Source of the DNA: Aulosira sp. ZfuVER01
GTDB taxonomy: Bacteria > Cyanobacteriota > Cyanobacteriia > Cyanobacteriales > Nostocaceae
Reading direction: 5' to 3'
DNA length: 64,000 nt
NCBI GenBank assembly: GCA_034530615.2
Contig: JAVRCV020000034.1
Span: 1-64,000 of the forward strand
Shown here piece after piece: positions 59,780 through 64,000 of the stretch. How positions within the stretch are numbered: the stretch's first letter is position 1; each line of letters starts with the position of its first letter. A program made the position numbers and the translations under genes. The notes under the pieces are model-generated. The model saw nothing but the letters and a program-made list of their open reading frames with translations, had not been told where the DNA came from and did not search any database.

Positions 59780-61795
59780 ATGGTTTCTGCAACCGATTGG
59801 GAAGATAATCCCTACATTATTGGTCGCCCAATTTACGAACCAGAGCTATTTTTTGGCCGTGAAGATCTATTCAATTTTATCCAAGACAATCTGAATAAAC
59901 GGGCACAGGTGATTTTGCTACATGGTCAGCGACGCATTGGCAAGTCGTCTGTACTATCCCAAATTCCTAACTTTATTAATCTAGAGCAGTTCTTGTTCGT
60001 GCCTTTGTCTCTCGAGGGTAAAAGTCAGAAGTCCTTGAGTGAAGTTCTTCATGAGTTAGGAAGAGATATTATTGATTACCTGGAATTATCCAAACTCCAA
60101 GTTATCCTACCTTCAAAAAGCGATTTGGCGGAAGATGCCCAAATATTTTTCAATAATTTCTTGCCCCAAATTTATCAAGCAATAAATGGTAAGAATTTAG
60201 TACTCTTGCTGGATGAATTTGATGTTTTGGGTGATTCTAACGAAGATTCAGCCGTTTCTCACTTCTTTCCCTGTCTCCAGTCGATAGTTTATTGGCACAA
60301 GGAACTTTTTATTATTCCAGTTGTGGGACGACAATTAGATGATATGCCTAACTTACTCACATTATTTAGGCAAGCTCCCCATAGAGAAATCGGTCTACTC
60401 GATAGACACAGTGCAGAACGGCTAATTGTTAAACCTGCTGAAGGAATTCTCAGATATGAAGCTGATGCTATAAACGCAATTTGGGAACTTTCAGCAGGGC
60501 ATCCTTATTTTACGCAAGTAATCTGCTTTGCGCTTTTCTCACAAGCCAGGGATGAGCAACGTTGGCAAGTGAATCGCCAAGATGTAGAAAATATTGTAGA
60601 GGAGGCGATTGAGATTGGCGAGGCTGGTTTAGCCTGGTTCCGGGATGGATTGCCAATTCCTGAACGAGTAGTTTTCTCAGCAGTAGCAAAAGCCCAACAG
60701 CAGCAAAACTCAGTAGTTAAAGGAGAACCTTTAACACAGCTTGTGCAGTGTGGTGTGGTTTTGACTGAACCATTTCATACAACAGAAGAACGATTGCTAG
60801 AATGGGGATTCTTAAAGCAATTAGGAACTTCAGAGAATTACCTAAATACCTATAAAGTTGCAGTAGAGTTAGTGCGTCGCTGGCTAATTAAGCGGTATCC
60901 ATTGCGCAGAGAAATTTGGGAATTAGAGAAACTCGATAGAGAAAGCGATCGCATCTATCAACAAGCAACAAAGCTATATCAAAATAATCATATACAAAAT
61001 TCACTCAAGCTATATGAACAAGCATTGCAGATTAATCCCAACCACTTTGATGCGCTGTTTAGGCTAGCTGAGGTTTGCATAGATATCAAAGATTTTGATC
61101 AAGCAGTAGAACTCTATGCCCGAGCTTATAAAGTCGATCCAATCCGTAATAAAGAAGGATTTGTCCAAGCTTTGCTCAGTTATGGGCAAGAACTAATGGA
61201 GCAAAATAGATTTGAAGCGGCAAAAGAACAATTTAGGCAAGCATTAATACTTCAGCCTGATAATACAGTTATACAAACAGCTTTAGTTGCGGCTCAAGAA
61301 GAAACAAGGATTTATCGAAGCGGTGAGAGAGTTGTCATTACAAATGGCAGATACGTTGAAAAAGTGAGCGACTCAATCATTAGTAGTCACCCAATTAATA
61401 TCGGTGAGCAAAGCATAAATATTAATCAAGGCATAGATTTAGGAGATGTGACAGTCGGTGATGCAACTTATTTAGTTAGTACTAGTATTGCTCAACTGCA
61501 AAATTTAGACGATCCAGATGCAGCAAAATTAGCAAACTTACTTCAACAGTTGCAAACAGAAATTATCAGTACCAGAGAATTAGATCTGGAAGATAAAGCA
61601 GAAGCTTTGGAGCAAGTAATTGCCTTAGCTGAAGCGGGTAAATATCCTGAGGAAGGACGGATGCGGAGGTTAGCAAGAACCTCGTTTAAGATTTTGATAG
61701 GTACGCTTGCAGGTTTACCTAGTTCGGCAACTTTAGTGAGAACTGCTAATCAATTATTGCCAGCAATTTCTAAATTACTAAATTTGAATTTGTAG
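59780..61795 (+). CDS. STAND/AAA-type ATPase + TPRs + C-terminal helical domain
   Basis: NPYIIGRP..FFGR, GQRRIGKSS, LLLDEFD, GHPYFTQ, three TPRs; GGAGGAG 9 nt before ATG 59780. Confidence 0.85.
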   Translation: MVSATDWEDNPYIIGRPIYEPELFFGREDLFNFIQDNLNKRAQVILLHGQRRIGKSSVLSQIPNFINLEQFLFVPLSLEGKSQKSLSEVLHELGRDIIDYLELSKLQVILPSKSDLAEDAQIFFNNFLPQIYQAINGKNLVLLLDEFDVLGDSNEDSAVSHFFPCLQSIVYWHKELFIIPVVGRQLDDMPNLLTLFRQAPHREIGLLDRHSAERLIVKPAEGILRYEADAINAIWELSAGHPYFTQVICFALFSQARDEQRWQVNRQDVENIVEEAIEIGEAGLAWFRDGLPIPERVVFSAVAKAQQQQNSVVKGEPLTQLVQCGVVLTEPFHTTEERLLEWGFLKQLGTSENYLNTYKVAVELVRRWLIKRYPLRREIWELEKLDRESDRIYQQATKLYQNNHIQNSLKLYEQALQINPNHFDALFRLAEVCIDIKDFDQAVELYARAYKVDPIRNKEGFVQALLSYGQELMEQNRFEAAKEQFRQALILQPDNTVIQTALVAAQEETRIYRSGERVVITNGRYVEKVSDSIISSHPINIGEQSININQGIDLGDVTVGDATYLVSTSIAQLQNLDDPDAAKLANLLQQLQTEIISTRELDLEDKAEALEQVIALAEAGKYPEEGRMRRLARTSFKILIGTLAGLPSSATLVRTANQLLPAISKLLNLNL

Positions 61796-61972
61796 AGGTA
61801 CAGAGATATTTTCTCACCACGGGAGAAGGCAAGAGTTAAGAGAAGCGATCGCAATTGTTTATTAGTTAAAAATAGAGTAAAAAAACGAAAGTAAGGCTGG
61901 CGATTAAAGCCTAAAAGCTTACTTTCGTAAATTAGCATATTTGGTTGTTTATATTTAGACAATGCTCTAAAT

Positions 61973-63103
61973 CTATTTATTAACATCGAGCAAGCGCGAA
62001 GTTTGGAAGCGTTCCATCCACTTTTCTAAATAGACTTGATTCGCTTGTTGTTCAGATGGATCTTGGCTATCTAAAGGATAGGGCATTAATCCCAAAATCG
62101 CAGCTGAAGTTACACAGAACATTGATTTTTGGAAAGTTATACAAATTTGCACTCGCAAATCATCTTCACCTCGGGGAGTGCGGCGATACACTTCATGCAA
62201 ATATTCTGGCAGATAATGCCGCATATCTTGCATTAATAAAGTAGGAGGAATACCAGCACTGCCAATGGGTAAAGGATCGGCATATAATGCACCATATTGA
62301 AAGCGAGCTTGATCGGGGGGAATTTGATATGCTTGGGCGTTGTATGTAACTGTACCAGAGAAAGGAGTTCCCCGAAAGAAAACTGCTTCTACATAAGGTA
62401 TTGCTGTATCTGCTAAGAAAGTTAAACCAAGTTTCTTGGGAAGAATTTCATAGACTTTATTGTCAATTGTTACTTCGTAAGTAATAGGCCTTAAAGCATC
62501 TGCTACCAACCCAGCTTTAATATGTTCTACAACTTGCGGAATTGTTTTGATTTCGCCTCTGTCATAGCGGTCTGATAGGTTGAGGAAGATATCAGCCATC
62601 ACGCGCCAGAATTGCCCTAATCCACTGTAGTAGGCAGAAACACGTAACTGTTCGATTAAGAAATCGGGAAACAGTTTATTCATTCCCTGCACTAAGGGAT
62701 TATTTTTAAATTTGGCTGCAATTACAGCTTGGGCTGCTGCTTGAAATTCTTTACTATCTAAATATGTATCCAGTCCACCGCCACCATGCCACATCATGGA
62801 CTTCATGCAATACTCGGCATATTCAAAATTAATTCTATCATGCCACCAGTGACGGAATAATTTCTGCCAAGAAAATTCCCCGTTAAAATATTTGAAAAAA
62901 GGAAAAAATACTAAAAATTGATGATCGGCAATGTAGATAAGATTTTTGGAATAAGCATCTAGAACTACACCGTAGCTTTTGAGAATGCCAACTACTTCTA
63001 AAACATTCTGTGGGCTATCAGCAAGTAGTGCTTCTCCTGTTTGTAAGCGTTTGATATACTCAGCTAAAGGATTGTTATAAGGCTTGTTTTGTATAGCTAC
63101 CAT
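61973..63103 (-). CDS. cupB: CO2 hydration protein CupB (ChpX)
   Basis: 376 aa; LKSYG, DRINFEYAEYC, EAVFFRG, GIPPTLLMQDM; downstream of ndhD4. Confidence 0.9.
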   Translation of the reverse strand: MVAIQNKPYNNPLAEYIKRLQTGEALLADSPQNVLEVVGILKSYGVVLDAYSKNLIYIADHQFLVFFPFFKYFNGEFSWQKLFRHWWHDRINFEYAEYCMKSMMWHGGGGLDTYLDSKEFQAAAQAVIAAKFKNNPLVQGMNKLFPDFLIEQLRVSAYYSGLGQFWRVMADIFLNLSDRYDRGEIKTIPQVVEHIKAGLVADALRPITYEVTIDNKVYEILPKKLGLTFLADTAIPYVEAVFFRGTPFSGTVTYNAQAYQIPPDQARFQYGALYADPLPIGSAGIPPTLLMQDMRHYLPEYLHEVYRRTPRGEDDLRVQICITFQKSMFCVTSAAILGLMPYPLDSQDPSEQQANQVYLEKWMERFQTSRLLDVNK

Positions 63104-63253
63104 TATGATTTCTCCAAAAGAGTAAGAATATTATTCAGTTATTTGTCATTTGTTAATTGCTTTTCATCAGTAGCTGATTATTCATGGGTTACAAACTCGA
63201 TCGTTGTGTTTGTAGTAAGGATGAGGCAATACTACAAACCCAATATCTGACTT

Positions 63254-64000
63254 TTAATTTTTGTCTGCCTTATCTAAAGCAACTGTTGCCACTATGTTTT
63301 GCGTATCTACCATTGCTGTGATTGTTGGTTCAGTCCAGCGCGTTAACCAAGCAGGTTGGATACCAAAAATCACAATCAACACAGCTAAAACTATAGATGG
63401 GATGCGATCGCTCCAATACACCCGTGGTAAGTTGGTAACTTGTGCCGATAAGCGTCCAAAAAAGGCTTGATTAACGAGAATTAAGAAATAAACAGCAGTC
63501 AAACCTGTACCAATCATACATAACAATGTTTGGACTGGGAAAACTGGGAAACTGCCCCGAAAAATTACGAATTCGGAAATAAACCCTAGCATTCCGGGTA
63601 TACCAGCACTGGCCATGACTCCCAAAACCATCAAACTACCAATAACAGGCATACCGCGTTCTGGATTTAGCAGTCCACGGACGACATCTAAATCACGACT
63701 ACCAGCTTTTTTATAGACAACACCCACCAGCAAAAACAGTAGCGCCGAAATCAAGCCGTGGCTAATCATTTGCATGACAGTACCTAACACGCTTAACGGT
63801 GTAGCCGCCGCCGCCGCTAAAAGGATATAGCCCATGTGTCCAATAGAACTGTAAGCCACCATTTTTTTCATGTCTTTTTGGGCGATCGCACAAGATGCAC
63901 CATACAGTACACTTACTACTGCCCAAGTTGCCAGCCAAGGAGCCAAATAACCCCAAGCTTCTGGTAACAAGTTCATGCCAAATCGCAGTAAGCCATAAGT
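63254..64000 (-). CDS. ndhD4: NDH-1 subunit D4 (N-terminus lies beyond the window)
   Basis: QKDMKKMVAYSSIGHMG, MISHGL, GLLNPERG; adjacent to cupB. Confidence 0.88.
   Translation of the reverse strand, partial: TYGLLRFGMNLLPEAWGYLAPWLATWAVVSVLYGASCAIAQKDMKKMVAYSSIGHMGYILLAAAAATPLSVLGTVMQMISHGLISALLFLLVGVVYKKAGSRDLDVVRGLLNPERGMPVIGSLMVLGVMASAGIPGMLGFISEFVIFRGSFPVFPVQTLLCMIGTGLTAVYFLILVNQAFFGRLSAQVTNLPRVYWSDRIPSIVLAVLIVIFGIQPAWLTRWTEPTITAMVDTQNIVATVALDKADKN

Noticed and set aside
781..63956. Numerous 60-130 aa ORFs antisense to or inside long genes
   Set aside because: Shadow ORFs fully overlapping well-supported CDSs, with no recognisable motifs.

Overview
64 kb of chromosome from a heterocyst-forming cyanobacterium (Nostocales-like). 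The assignment rests on abundant HIP1 (GCGATCGC) sites, heptamer STRR repeats, patN-trpA-ndhL, cupB/ndhD4 and a group-I-intron-containing tRNA-Leu(UAA). Core genes (murT/gatD, trpA, ndhL, trpS, metF, cupB, ndhD4) alternate with accessory patches: a NACHT-HEAT-CHAT (NLR-like, caspase-family protease) gene, pnuC-nadR, two giant Ser/Thr kinase-AAA-GAF-PAS-His kinase paralogues, a KAP NTPase-GUN4 gene, a DarTG toxin-antitoxin pair and two tandem STAND ATPases. The least explained signals are: (1) the NACHT-HEAT-CHAT gene bracketed by an intact and a collapsed copy of a 'small conserved gene + 21-bp tandem array' module; (2) two unannotated tandem tRNA-like RNAs overlapping the nadR stop codon; (3) a cardiolipin synthase gene cut at an att-like inverted repeat at the window edge; (4) three unrelated 20-21-bp arrays, each beside a gene relic or duplication; (5) a LexA-box promoter driving two unknown genes next to DarTG. 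All calls are by eye; no searches were run.
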